Positions 25,101-40,100 of a stretch of 64,000 bases of DNA are shown here, piece by piece. Under the pieces are notes generated by a model. It had not been told where the DNA came from, made no database searches, and worked only from the letters and a program-made list of their open reading frames with translations. This DNA comes from Antedon mediterranea (Eukaryota > Animalia > Echinodermata), in assembly GCF_964355755.1 (NCBI RefSeq), contig NC_092675.1:13612912-13676911 (forward strand). Direction: 5' to 3'. The translations under genes and the position numbers were made by a program. Numbering within the stretch: position 1 is the first letter of the stretch; every line of letters begins with the position of its first letter.

Positions 25101-28100
25101 CATTTGGAAACGTTTTAGACCAATTTGTGCATTTCGATGAAACTTGATTACACAAAAACATCAAAGTGCTTAAAATCACATTATAAACCGTTTTAGACCA
25201 TTTTGAGCATTTCGATAACACTTTTCACACAAAAACATTAAAGAGCACAAAATAGCTTAATATCGTATTTAAAAACGTTTTAGACCATTTTGAGCATTTA
25301 GACAAAACTTTTTCACACAAAACACCAAAGTGCTTAGAATAGCTTCAAATCGCATTTGGAGACGTTTTAGACCATTTTGTGCATTTCGATGAAACTTGGT
25401 TACACAAAAACATCAAAGTGCTTAAAATCACATTATAAATCGTTTTAGACCATTTTGAGCATTTCGACAAAACTTTTTCACACAAAATACCAAAGTGCTT
25501 AGAATAGCTTCAAATCGCATTTCGAGACGTTTTAGACCATTTTGTGATTTTCGAAAAAACTTTTTAACATAAAAACACCAAAGTGCTTAGAATAGCTTCA
25601 AATCACATTTGGAGACATTTTAGACCATTTTGTGATTTTCAAAAAAACTTGTTAACATAAAAACACGAAAGTTCTTAGAATAGCTTCAAATCGCATTTGG
25701 AAACGTTTTAGACCATTTTGTGATTTTCGAAAAAAATTGTTAACATAAAAACACCAAAGTGCTTAGAATCACATTATAAACCGTTTTAGACCATTTTGAG
25801 CATTTCGATAACAATTTTCACACAAAAACATCAAAGAGCACAAAATAGCTTAATATCGTATTTAAAAATGTTTTAGACCATTTTGAGCATTTAGATAAAA
25901 CTTTTTCACACAAAACACCAAAGTGCTTAGAATAGCTTCAAATCGCATTTGGAGACGTTTTAGACCATTTTGTGATTTTTGAAAAAACTTGTTAACATAA
26001 AAACACCAAAGTGCTTAGAATAGCTTCAAATCACATTTTGATACGTTTTAGCCCATTTTGTGATTTTCGAAAAAACTTGTTAACATAAAAACACGAAAGT
26101 GCTTAGAATAGCTTCAAATCACATTTGGAGACGTTTTAGACCATTTTGTGATTTTTGAAAAAACTTGTTAACATAAAAACACGAAAGTGCTTAGAATAGC
26201 TTCAAATCGCATTTGGAAACGTTTTAGACCATTTTGTGATTTTCGAAAAAGATTGTTAACATAAAAACACCAAAGTGCTTAGAATCACATTATAAACCGT
26301 TTTAGACCATTTTGAGCATTTCGATAACAATTTTCACACAAAAACATCAAAGAGCACAAAATAGCTTAATATCGTATTTAAAAATGTTTTAGACCATTTT
26401 GAGCATTTAGATAAAACTTTTTCACACAAAACACCAAAGTGCTTAGAATAGCTTCAAATCGCATTTGGAGACGGTTTAGACCATTTTGTGATTTTGAAAA
26501 AACTTGTTAACATAAAAACACCAAAGTGCTTAGAATAGCTTCAAATCGCATTTGGAGACGTTTTAGACCATTTTGTGATTTTCGAAAACACTTGTTAACA
26601 TAAAAACACCAAAGTGCTTAGAATAGCTTCAAATCGTATTTGGAGACGTTTTAGACCATTTTGAGATTTTCGAAAAAACTTGGTTACACAAAAACATCAA
26701 AGTGCTTAAAATCACATTATAAACCGTTTTAGACCATTTTGAGCATTTCGATAACACTTTTCACACAAAAACATCAAAGAGCACAAAATAGCTTAATATC
26801 GTATTTAAAAACGTTTTAGACCATTTTGAGCATTTCGACAAAACTTTTTCACACAAAACACCAAAGTGCTTAGAATAGCTTCAAATCGCATTTGGAGACG
26901 TTTTAGACCAATTTGTGATTTTTGAAAAAACTTGTTAACATAAAAACACCAAAGTGCTTAGAATAGCTTCAAATCACATTTGGAGACGTTTTAGACCATT
27001 TTGTGATTTTCGAAAAAACTTGTTAACATAAAAACACGAAAGTGCTTAGAATAGCTTCAAATCGCCTTTGGAAACGTTTTAGACCATTTTGTGATTTTCG
27101 AAAAAACTTGTTAACATAAAAACACGAAAGTGCTTAGAATCACTTTATAAACCGTTTTAGACCATTTTGAGCATTTCGATAACAATTTTCACACAAAAAC
27201 ATCAAAGAGCACAAAATAGCTTAATATCGTATTTAAAAATGTTTTAGACCATTTTGAGCATTTAGATAAAACTTTTTCACACAAAACACCAAAGTGCTTA
27301 GAATAGCTTCAAATCGCATTTGGAGACGTTTTAGACCATTTTGTGATTTTTGAAAAAACTTGTTAACATAAAAACACGAAAGTGCTTAGAATAGCTTCAA
27401 ATCGCATTTGGAAACGTTTTAGACCATTTTGTGATTTTCGAAAAATATTGTTAACATAAAAACACCAATGTGCTTAGAATCACATTATAAACCGTTTTAG
27501 ACCATTTTGAGCATTTCGATAACAATTTTCACACAAAAACATCAAAGAGCACAAAATAGCTTAATATCGTATTTATAAATGTTTTAGACCATTTTGAGCA
27601 TTTCGACAAAACTTTTTCACACAAAACACCAAAGTGCTTAGAATAGCTTCAAATCGCATTTGGAGACGTTTTTTATACCATTTTGTGATTTCGATGAAAC
27701 TTGATTACACAAAAACATCAAAGTGCTTAAAATCACATTATAAACCGTTTTAGACCATTTTGAGCATTTCGATAACACTTTTCACACAAAAACATCAAAG
27801 AGCACAAAATAGCTTAATATCGTATTTAAAAACGTTTTAGACCATTTTGAGCATTTAGACAAAACTTTTTCACACAAAACACCAAAGTGCTTAGAATAGC
27901 TTCAAATCGCATTTGGAGACGTTTTAGAACATTTTGTGTTTTTCGAAAAAAACTGTTAACATAAAAACACCAAAGTGCTTAGAATAGCTTCAAATCGCAT
28001 TTGGAGACGTTTTAGACCATTTTGTGATTTTTGAAAAAACTTGTTAACATAAAAACACCAAAGTGCTTAGAATAGCTTCAAATCACATTTGGAGACGTTT

Positions 28101-31100
28101 TAGACCATTTTGTGATTTTCGAAAAAACTTGTTAACATAAAAACACGAAAGTGCTTAGAATAGCTTCAAATCGCATTTGGAAACGTTTTAGACCATTTTG
28201 TGATTTTCGAAAAAGATTGTTAACATAAAAACACCAAAGTGCTTAGAATCACAATATAAACCGTTTTAGACCATTTTGAGCATTTCGATAACAATTTTCA
28301 CACAAAAACATCAAAGAGCACAAAATAGCTTAATATCGTATTTAAAAATGTTTTAGACCATTTTGAGCATTTAGATAAAACTTTTTTCACACAAAACACC
28401 AAAGTGCTTAGAATAGCTTCAAATCGCATTTGGAGACGTTTTAGACCATTTTGTGATTTTCGAAAAAACTTGTTAACATAAAAACACCAAAGTGCTTAGA
28501 ATAGCTTCAAATCGTATTTGGAGACGTTTTAGACCATTTTGAGATTTTCGAAAAAACTTGGTTACACAAAAACATCAAAGTGCTTAAAATCACATTATAA
28601 ACCGTTTTAGACCATTTTGAGCATTTCGATAACACTTTTCACACAAAAACATCAAAGAGCACAAAATAGCTTAATATCGTATTTAAAAACGTTTTAGACC
28701 ATTTTGAGCATTTCGACAAAACTTTTTCACACAAAACACCAAAGTGCTTAGAATAGCTTCAAATCGCATTTGGAGACGTTTTAGACCAATTTGTGCATTT
28801 CGATGAAACTTGATTACACAAAAACATCAAAGTGCTTAAAATCACATTATAAACCGTTTTAGACCATTTTGAGCATTTCGATAACACTTTTCACACAAAA
28901 ACATCAAAGAGCACAAAATAGCTTAATATCGTATTTAAAAACGTTTTAGACCATTTTGAGCATTTAGACAAAACTTTTTCACACAAAACACCAAAGTGCT
29001 TAGAATAGCTTCAAATCGCATTTGGAGACGTTTTAGACCATTTTGTGCATTTCGATGAAACTTGGTTACACAAAAACATCAAAGTGCTTAAAATCACATT
29101 ATAAATCGTTTTAGACCATTTTGAGCATTTCGACAAAACTTTTTCACACAAAATACCAAAGTGCTTAAAATAGCTTCAAATCGCATTTCGAGACGTTTTA
29201 GACCATTTTGTGATTTTCGAAAAAACTTTTTAACATAAAAACACCAAAGTGCTTAGAATAGCTTCAAATCACATTTGGAGACATTTTAGACCATTTTGTG
29301 ATTTTCGAAAAAACTTGTTAACATAAAAACACGAAAGTGCTTAGAATATCTTCAAATCGCATTTGGAAACGTTTTAGACCATTTTGTGATTTTCGAAAAA
29401 AATTGTTAACATAAAAACACCAAAGTGCTTAGAATCACATTATAAACCGTTTTAGACCATTTTGAGCATTTCGATAACAATTTTCACACAAAAACATCAA
29501 AGAGCACAAAATAGCTTAATATCGTATTTAAAAATGTTTTAGACCATTTTGAGCATTTAGATAAGACTTTTTCACACAAAACACCAAAGTCCTTAGAATA
29601 GCTTCAAATCGCATTTGGAGACGTTTTAGACCATTTTGTGATTTTTTAAAAAACTTGTTAACATAAAAACACCAAAGTGCTTAGAATAGCTTCAAATCAC
29701 ATTTGGAGACGTTTTAGACCATTTTGTGATTTTCGAAAAAACTTTTTAACATAAAAACACCAAAGTGCTTAGAATAGCTTCAAATCACATTTGGAGACGT
29801 TTTAGACCATTTTGTGATTTTTGAAAAAGATTGTTAACATAAAAACACCAAAGTGCTTAGAATCACATTATAAACCGTTTTAGACCATTTTGAGCATTTC
29901 GATAACAATTTTCACACAAAAACATCAAAGAGCACAAAATAGCTTAATATCGTATTTAAAAATGTTTTAGACCATTTTGAGCATTTAGATAAAACTTTTT
30001 CACACAAAACACCAAAGTGCTTAGAATAGCTTCAAATCGCATTTGGAGACGGTTTAGACCATTTTGTGATTTTGAAAAAACTTGTTAACATAAAACACCA
30101 AAGTGCTTAGAATAGCTTCAAATCGCATTTGGAGACGTTTTAGACCATTTTGTGATTTTCGAAAAAACTTGTTAACATAAAAACACCAAAGTGCTTAGAA
30201 TAGCTTCAAATCGTATTTGGAGACGTTTAAGACCATTTTGAGATTTTCGAAAAAACTTGGTTACACAAAAACATCAAAGTGCTTAAAATCACATTATAAA
30301 CCGTTTTAGACCATTTTGAGCATTTCGATAACACTTTTCACACAAAAACATCAAAGAGCACAAAATAGCTTAATATCGTATTTAAAAACGTTTTAGACCA
30401 TTTTGAGCATTTCGACAAAACTTTTTCACACAAAACACCAAAGTGCTTAGAATAGCTTCAAATCGCATTTGGAGACGTTTTAGACCAATTTGTGCATTTC
30501 GATGAAACTTGATTACACAAAAACATCAAAGTGCTTAAAATCACATTATAAACCGTTTTAGACCATTTTGAGCATTTCGATAACACTTTTCACACAAAAA
30601 CATCAAAGAGCACAAAATAGCTTAATATCGTATTTAAAAACGTTTTAGACCATTTTGAGCATTTAGACAAAACTTTTTCACACAAAAAACCAAAGTGCTT
30701 AGAATAGCTTCAAATCGCAATTGGAGACGTTTTAGACCATTTTGTGCATTTCGATGGAACTTGGTTACACAAAAACATCAAAGTGCTTAAAATCACATTA
30801 TAAATCGTTTTAGACCATTTTGAGCATTTCGACAAAACTTTTTCACACAAAATACAAAAGTGCTTAGAATAGCTTCAAATCGCATTTGGAGACGTTTTAG
30901 ACCATTTTGTGATTTTCGAAAAAACTTTTTAACATAAAAACACCAAAGTGCTTAGAATAGCTTCAAATCACATTTGGAGACGTTTTAGACCATTTTGTGA
31001 TTTTCGAAAAAACTTGTTAACATAAAAACACGAAAGTGCTTAGAATAGCTTCAAATCGCATTTAGAAACGTTTTAGACCATTTTGTGATTTTCGAAAAAA

Positions 31101-34100
31101 ATTGTTAACATAAAAACACCAAAGTGCTTAGAATCACATTATAAACCGTTTTAGACCATTTTGAGCATTTCGATAACAATTTTCACACAAAAACATCAAA
31201 GAGCACAAAATAGCTTAATATCGTATTTAAAAATGTTTTAGACCATTTTGAGCATTTAGATAAAACTTTTTCACACAAAACACCAAAGTGCTTAGAATAG
31301 CTTCAAATCGCATTTGGAGACGTTTTAGACCAATTTGTGATTTTTGAAAAAACTTGTTAACATAAAAACACCAAAGTGCTTAGAATAGCTTCAAATCACA
31401 TTTGGAGACGTTTTAGACCATTTTGTGATTTTGAACAAACTTGTTAACATAAAAACACCAAAGTGCTTAGAATAGCTTCAAATCGCATTTGGAGACGTTT
31501 TAGACCATTTTGTGATTTTCGAAAAAACTTGTTAACATAAAAACACCAAAGTGCTTAGAATAGCTTCAAATCGTATTTGGAGACGTTTTAGACCATTTTG
31601 AGATTTTCGAAAAAACTTGGTTACACAAAAACATCAAAGTGCTTAAAATCACATTATAAACCGTTTTAGACCATTTTGAGCATTTCGATAACACTTTTCA
31701 CACAAAAACATCAAAGAGCACAAAATAGCTTAATATCGTATTTAAAAACGTTTTAGACCATTTTGAGCATTTCGACAAAACTTTTTCACACAAAACACCA
31801 AAGTGCTTAGAATAGCTTCAAATCGCATTTGGAGACGTTTTAGACCAATTTGTGCATTTCGATGAAACTTGATTACACAAAAACATCAAAGTGCTTAAAA
31901 TCACATTATAAACCGTTTTAGACCATTTTGAGCATTTCGATAACACTTTTCACACAAAAACATCAAAGAGCACAAAATAGCTTAATATCGTATTTAAAAA
32001 CGTTTTAGACCATTTTGAGCATTTAGACAAAACTTTTTCACACAAAACACCAAAGTGCTTAGAATAGCTTCAAATCGCATTTGGAGACGTTTTAGACCAT
32101 TTTGTGCATTTCGATGAAACTTGGTTACACAAAAACATCAAAGTGCTTAAAATCACATTATAAATCGTTTTAGACCATTTTGAGCATTTCGACAAAACTT
32201 TTTCACACAAAATACCAAAGTGCTTAGAATAGCTTCAAATCGCATTTCGAGACGTTCTAGACCATTTTGTGATTTTCGAAAAAACTTTTTAACATAAAAA
32301 CACCAAAGTGCTTAGAATAGCTTCAAATCACATTTGGAGACATTTTAGACCATTTTGTGATTTTCGAAAAAACTTGTTAACATAAAAACACGAAAGTGCT
32401 TAGAATAGCTTCAAATCGCATTTGGAGACGTTTTAGACCATTTTGTGATTTTCGAAAAAACTTGTTAACATAAAAACACGAAAGTGCTTAGAATAGCTTC
32501 AAATCACATTTGGAGACGTTTTAGACCATTTTGTGATTTTTGAAAAAACTTGTTAACATAAAAACACGAAAGTGCTTAGAACAGCTTCAAATCGCATTTG
32601 GAAACGTTTTAGACCAATTTGTGCATTTCGATGAAACTTGATTACACAAAAACATCAAAGTGCTTAAAATCACATTATAAACCGTTTTAGACCATTTTGA
32701 GCATTTCGATAACACTTTTCACACAAAAACATTAAAGAGCACAAAATAGCTTAATATCGTATTTAAAAACGTTTTAGACCATTTTGAGCATTTAGACAAA
32801 ACTTTTTCACACAAAACACCAAAGTGCTTAGAATAGCTTCAAATCGCATTTGGAGACGTTTTAGACCATTTTGTGCATTTCGATGAAACTTGGTTACACA
32901 AAAACATCAAAGTGCTTAAAATCACATTATAAATCGTTTTAGACCATTTTGAGCATTTCGACAAAACTTTTTCACACAAAATACCAAAGTGCTTAGAATA
33001 GCTTCAAATCGCATTTCGAGACGTTTTAGACCATTTTGTGATTTTCGAAAAAACTTTTTAACATAAAAACACCAAAGTGCTTAGAATAGCTTCAAATCAC
33101 ATTTGGAGACATTTTAGACCATTTTGTGATTTTCGAAAAAACTTGTTAACATAAAAACACGAAAGTTCTTAGAATAGCTTCAAATCGCATTTGGAAACGT
33201 TTTAGACCATTTTGTGATTTTCGAAAAAAATTGTTAACATAAAAACACCAAAGTGCTTAGAATCACATTATAAACCGTTTTAGACCATTTTGAGCATTTC
33301 GATAACAATTTTCACACAAAAACATCAAAGAGCACAAAATAGCTTAATATCGTATTTAAAAATGTTTTAGACCATTTTGAGCATTTAGATAAAACTTTTT
33401 CACACAAAACACCAAAGTGCTTAGAATAGCTTCAAATCGCATTTGGAGACGTTTTAGACCATTTTGTGATTTTTGAAAAAACTTGTTAACATAAAAACAC
33501 CAAAGTGCTTAGAATAGCTTCAAATCACATTTGGAGACGTTTTAGACCATTTTGTGATTTTCGAAAAAACTTTTTAACATAAAAACACCAAAGTGCTTAG
33601 AATAGCTTCAAATCACATTTGGAGACGTTTTAGACCATTTTGTGATTTTTGAAAAAACTTGTTAACATAAAAACACGAAAGTGCTTAGAATAGCTTCAAA
33701 TCGCATTTGGAAACGTTTTAGACCATTTTGTGATTTTCGAAAAAGATTGTTAACATAAAAACACCAAAGTGTTTAGAATAGCTTCAAATCGCATTTGGAG
33801 ACGGTTTAGACCATTTTGTGATTTTGAAAAAACTTGTTAACATAAAAACACCAAAGTGCTTAGAATAGCTTCAAATCGCATTTGGAGACGTTTTAGACCA
33901 TTTTGTGATTTTCGAAAAAACTTGTTAACATAAAAACACCAAAGTGCTTAGAATAGCTTCAAATCGTATTTGGAGACGTTTTAGACCATTTTGAGATTTT
34001 CGAAAAAACTTGGTTACACAAAAACATCAAAGTGCTTAAAATCACATTATAAACCGTTTTAGACCATTTTGAGCATTTCGATAACACTTTTCACACAAAA

Positions 34101-37100
34101 ACATCAAAGAGCACAAAATAGCTTAATATCGTATTTAAAAACGTTTTAGACCATTTTGAGCATTTAGACAAAACTTTTTCACACAAAACACCAAAGTGCT
34201 TAGAATAGCTTCAAATCGCATTTGGAGACGTTTTAGACCATTTTGTGCATTTCGATGAAAGTTGGTTACACAAAAACATCAAAGTGCTTAAAATCACATT
34301 ATAAATCGTTTTAGACCATTTTGAGCATTTCGACAAAACTTTTTCACACAAAATACCAAAGTGCTTAGAATAGCTTCAAATCGCATTTGGAGACGTTTTA
34401 GACCATTTTGTGATTTTCGAAAAAACTTTTTAACATAAAAACACCAAAGTGCTTAGAATAGCTTCAAATCACATTTGGAGACGTTTTAGACCATAAGTGC
34501 TTAGAATCACATTATAAACCGTTTTAGACCATTTTGAGCATTTCGATAACAATTTTAACACAAAAACATCAAAGAGCACAAAATAGCTTAATATCGTATT
34601 TAAAAATGTTTTAGACCATTTTGAGCATTTAGATAAAACTTTTTCACACAAAACACCAAAGTGCTTAGAATAGCTTCAAATCGCATTTGAAGACGTTTTA
34701 GACCAATTTGTGATTTTTGAAAAAACTTGTTAACATAAAAACACCAAAGTGCTTAGAATAGCTTCAAATCACATTTGGAGACGTTTTAGACCATTTTGTG
34801 ATTTTGAACAAACTTGTTAACATAAAAACACCAAAGTGCTTAGAATAGCTTCAAATCGTATTTGGAGACGTTTTAGAACATTTTGAGATTTTCGAAAAAA
34901 CTTGGTTACACAAAAACATCAAAGTGCTTAAAATCACATTATAAACCGTTTTAGACCATTTTGAGCATTTCGATAACACTTTTCACACAAAAACATCAAA
35001 GAGCACAAAATAGCTTAATATCGTATTTAAAAACGTTTTAGACCATTTTGAGCATTTAGACCAAACTTTTTCACACAAAACACCAAAGTGCTTAGAATAG
35101 CTTCAAATCGCATTTGGAGACGTTTTAGACCATTTTGTGCATTTCGATGAAAGTTGGTTACACAAAAACATCAAAGTGCTTAAAATCACATTATAAATCG
35201 TTTTAGACCATTTTGAGCATTTCGACAAAACTTTTTCACACAAAATACCAAAGTGCTTAGAATAGCTTCAAATCGCATTTGGAGACGTTTTAGACCATTT
35301 TGTGATTTTCGAAAAAACTTTTTAACATAAAAACACCAAAGTGCTTAGAATAGCTTCAAATCACATTTGGAGACGTTTTAGACCATAAGTGCTTAGAATC
35401 ACATTATAAACCGTTTTAGACCATTTTGAGCATTTCGATAACAATTTTAACACAAAAACATCAAAGAGCACAAAATAGCTTAATATCGTATTTAAAAATG
35501 TTTTAGACCATTTTGAGCATTTAGATAAAACTTTTTCACACAAAACACCAAAGTGCTTAGAATAGCTTCAAATCGCATTTGAAGACGTTTTAGACCAATT
35601 TGTGATTTTTGAAAAAACTTGTTAACATAAAAACACCAAAGTGCTTAGAATAGCTTCAAATCACATTTGGAGACGTTTTAGACCATTTTGTGATTTTGAA
35701 CAAACTTGTTAACATAAAAACACCAAAGTGCTTAGAATAGCTTCAAATCGCATTTGGAGACGTCTTAGACCATTTTGTGATTTTCGAAAAAACTTGTTAA
35801 CATAAAAACACCAAAGTGCTTAGAATAGCTTCAAATCGTATTTGGAGACGTTTTAGACCATTTTGAGATTTTCGAAAAAACTTGGTTACACAAAAACATC
35901 AAAGTGCTTAAAATCACATTATAAACCGTTTTAGACCATTTTGAGTATTTCGATAACACTTTTCACACAAAAACATCAAAGAGCACAAAATAGCTTAATA
36001 TCGTATTTAAAAACGTTTTAGACCATTTTGAGCATTTCGACAAAACTTTTTCACACAAAACACCAAAGTGCTTAGAATAGCTTCAAATCGCATTTGGAGA
36101 CGTTTTAGACCAATTTGTGATTTTTGAAAAAACTTGTTAACATAAAAACACCAAAGTGTTTAGAATAGCTTCAAATCGCATTTGGAGACGTTTTAGACCA
36201 ATTTGTGATTTTCGAAAAAACTTATCAACATAAAAACACCAAAGGGTTTAGAATAGCTTCAAATCGCATTTGGAGACGTTTTAGACCATTTTGTGATTTT
36301 GAAAAAACTTGTTAACATAAAAACACGAAAGTGCTTAGAATAGCTTCAAATCGCATTTGGAGACGTTTTAGACCATTTTGTGATTTTCGAAAAAACTTGT
36401 TAACATAAAAACACGAAAGTGCTTAGAATAGCTTCAAATCACATTTGGAGACGTTTTAGACCATTTTGTGATTTTTGAAAAAACTTGTTAACATAAAAAC
36501 ACGAAAGTGCTTAGAATAGCTTCAAATCGCATTTGGAAACGTTTTAGACCAATTTGTGCATTTCGATGAAACTTGATTACACAAAAACATCAAAGTGCTT
36601 AAAATCACATTATAAACCGTTTTAGACCATTTTGAGCATTTCGATAACACTTTTCACACAAAAACATTAAAGAGCACAAAATAGCTTAATATCGTATTTA
36701 AAAACGTTTTAGACCATTTTGAGCATTTAGACAAAACTTTTTCACACAAAACACCAAAGTGCTTAGAATAGCTTCAAATCGCATTTGGAGACATTTTAGA
36801 CCATTTTGTGCATTTCGATGAAACTTGGTTACACAAAAACATCAAAGTGCTTAAAATCACATTATAAATCGTTTTAGACCATTTTGAGCATTTCGACAAA
36901 ACTTTTTCACACAAAATACCAAAGTGCTTAGAATAGCTTCAAATCGCATTTCGAGACGTTTTAGACCATTTTGTGATTTTCGAAAAAACTTTTTAACATA
37001 AAAACACCAAAGTGCTTAGAATAGCTTCAAATCACATTTGGAGACATTTTAGACCATTTTGTGATTTTCAAAAAAACTTGTTAACATAAAAACACGAAAG

Positions 37101-40100
37101 TTCTTAGAATAGCTTCAAATCGCATTTGGAAACGTTTTAGACCATTTTGTGATTTTCGAAAAAAATTGTTAACATAAAAACACCAAAGTGCTTAGAATCA
37201 CATTATAAACCGTTTTAGACCATTTTGAGCATTTCGATAACAATTTTCACACAAAAACATCAAAGAGCACAAAATAGCTTAATATCGTATTTAAAAATGT
37301 TTTAGACCATTTTGAGCATTTAGATAAAACTTTTTCACACAAAACACCAAAGTGCTTAGAATAGCTTCAAATCGCATTTGGAGACGTTTTAGACCATTTT
37401 GTGATTTTTGAAAAAACTTGTTAACATAAAAACACCAAAGTGCTTAGAATAGCTTCAAATCACATTTTGATACGTTTTAGCCCATTTTGTGATTTTCGAA
37501 AAAACTTGTTAACATAAAAACACGAAAGTGCTTAGAATAGCTTCAAATCACATTTGGAGACGTTTTAGACCATTTTGTGATTTTTGAAAAAACTTGTTAA
37601 CATAAAAACACGAAAGTGCTTAGAATAGCTTCAAATCGCATTTGGAAACGTTTTAGACCATTTTGTGATTTTCGAAAAAGATTGTTAACATAAAAACACC
37701 AAAGTGCTTAGAATCACATTATAAACCGTTTTAGACCATTTTGAGCATTTCGATAACAATTTTCACACAAAAACATCAAAGAGCACAAAATAGCTTAATA
37801 TCGTATTTAAAAATGTTTTAGACCATTTTGAGCATTTAGATCAAACTTTTTCACACAAAACACCAAAGTGCTTAGAATAGCTTCAAATCGCATTTGGAGA
37901 CGGTTTAGACCATTTTGTGATTTTGAAAAAACTTGTTAACATAAAAACACCAAAGTGCTTAGAATAGCTTCAAATCGCATTTGGAGACGTTTTAGACCAT
38001 TTTGTGATTTTCGAAAAAACTTGTTAACATAAAAACACCAAAGTGCTTAGAATAGCTTCAAATCGTATTTGGAGACGTTTTAGACCATTTTGAGATTTTC
38101 GAAAAAACTTGGTTACACAAAAACATCAAAGTGCTTAAAATCACATTATAAACCGTTTTAGACCATTTTGAGCATTTCGATAACACTTTTCACACAAAAA
38201 CATTAAAGAGCACAAAATAGCTTAATATCGTATTTAAAAACGTTTTAGACCATTTTGAGCATTTCGACAAAACTTTTTCACACAAAACACCAAAGTGCTT
38301 CAAATCGCATTTGGAGACGTTTTAGACCAATTTGTGCATTTCGATGAAACTTGATTACACAAAAACATCAAAGTGCTTAAAATCACATTATAAACCGTTT
38401 TAGACCATTTTGAGCATTTCGATAACACTTTTCACACAAAAACATCAAAGAGCACAAAATAGCTTAATATCGTATTTAAAAACGTTTTAGACCATTTTGA
38501 GCATTTAGACAAAACTTTTTCACACAAAACACCAAAGTGCTTAGAATAGCTTCAAATCGCATTTGGAGACGTTTTAGACCATTTTGTGCATTTCGATGAA
38601 ACTTGGTTACACAAAAAAATCAAAGTGCTTAAAATCACATTATAAATCGTTTTAGACCATTTTGAGCATTTCGACAAAACTTTTTCACACAAAATACAAA
38701 AGTGCTTAGAATAGCTTCAAATCGCATTTGGAGACGTTTTAGACCATTTTGTGATTTTCGAAAAAACTTTTTAACATAAAAACACCAAAGTGCTTAGAAT
38801 AGCTTCAAATCACATTTGGAGACGTTTTAGACCATTTTGTGATTTTCGAAAAAACTTGTTAACATAAAAACACGAAAGTGCTTAGAATAGCTTCAAATCG
38901 CATTTAGAAACGTTTTAGACCATTTTGTGATTTTCGAAAAAAATTGTTAACATAAAAACACCAAAGTGCTTAGAATCACATTATAAACCGTTTTAGACCA
39001 TTTTGAGCATTTCGATAACAATTTTCACACAAAAACATCAAAGAGCACAAAATAGCTTAATATCGTATTTAAAAATGTTTTAGACCATGTTGAGCATTTA
39101 GATAAAACTTTTTCACACAAAACACCAAAGTGCTTAGAATAGCTTCAAATCGCATTTGGAGACGTTTTAGACCATTTTGTGATTTTTGAAAAAACTTGTT
39201 AACATAAAAACGCCAAAGTGCTTAGAATAGCTTCAAATCACATTTGGAGACGTTTTAGACCATTTTGTGATTTTCGAAAAAACTTGTTAACATAAAAACA
39301 CCAAAGTGTTTAGAATAGCTTCAAATCGCATTTGGAGACGTTTTAGACCAATTTGTAATTTTCGAAAAAACTTATCAACATAAAAACACCAAAGGGTTTA
39401 GAATAGCTTCAAATCGCATTTGGAGACGTTTTAGACCATTTTGTGATTTTCGAAAAAACTTGTTAACATAAAAACACGAAAGTGCTTAGAATAGCTTCAA
39501 ATCGCATTTGGAAACGTTTTAGACCATTTTGTGATTTTCGAAAAAACTTGTTAACATAAAAACATGAAAGTGCTTAGAATAGCTTCAAATCGTATTTGGA
39601 GACGTTTTAGACCATTTTGTGATTTTCGAAAAAACTTTTTAACATAAAAACACCAAAGTGCTTAGAATAGCTTCAAATCGCATTTGGAGACGTTTTAGAC
39701 CATTTTGTGCATTTCGATGAAACTTGGTTACACAAAAACATCAAAGTGCTTAAAATCACATTATAAACCATTTAGACCATTTTGAGCATTTCGATAACAC
39801 TTTTCACACAAAAACATCAAAGAGCACAAAATAGCTTAATATCGTATTTAAAAACGTTTTAGACCATTTTGAGCATTTAGACAAAACTTTTTCACACAAA
39901 ACTCCAAAGTGCTTAGAATAGCTTCAAATCGCATTTGGAGACGTTTTAGAACATTTTGTGTTTTTCGAAAAAACCTGTTAACATAAAAACACCAAAGTGC
40001 TTAGAATAGCTTCAAATCGCATTTGGAGACTATTTAGACCATTTTGTGATTTTTGAAAAAACTTGTTAACATAAAAACACGAAAGTGCTTAGAATAGCTT

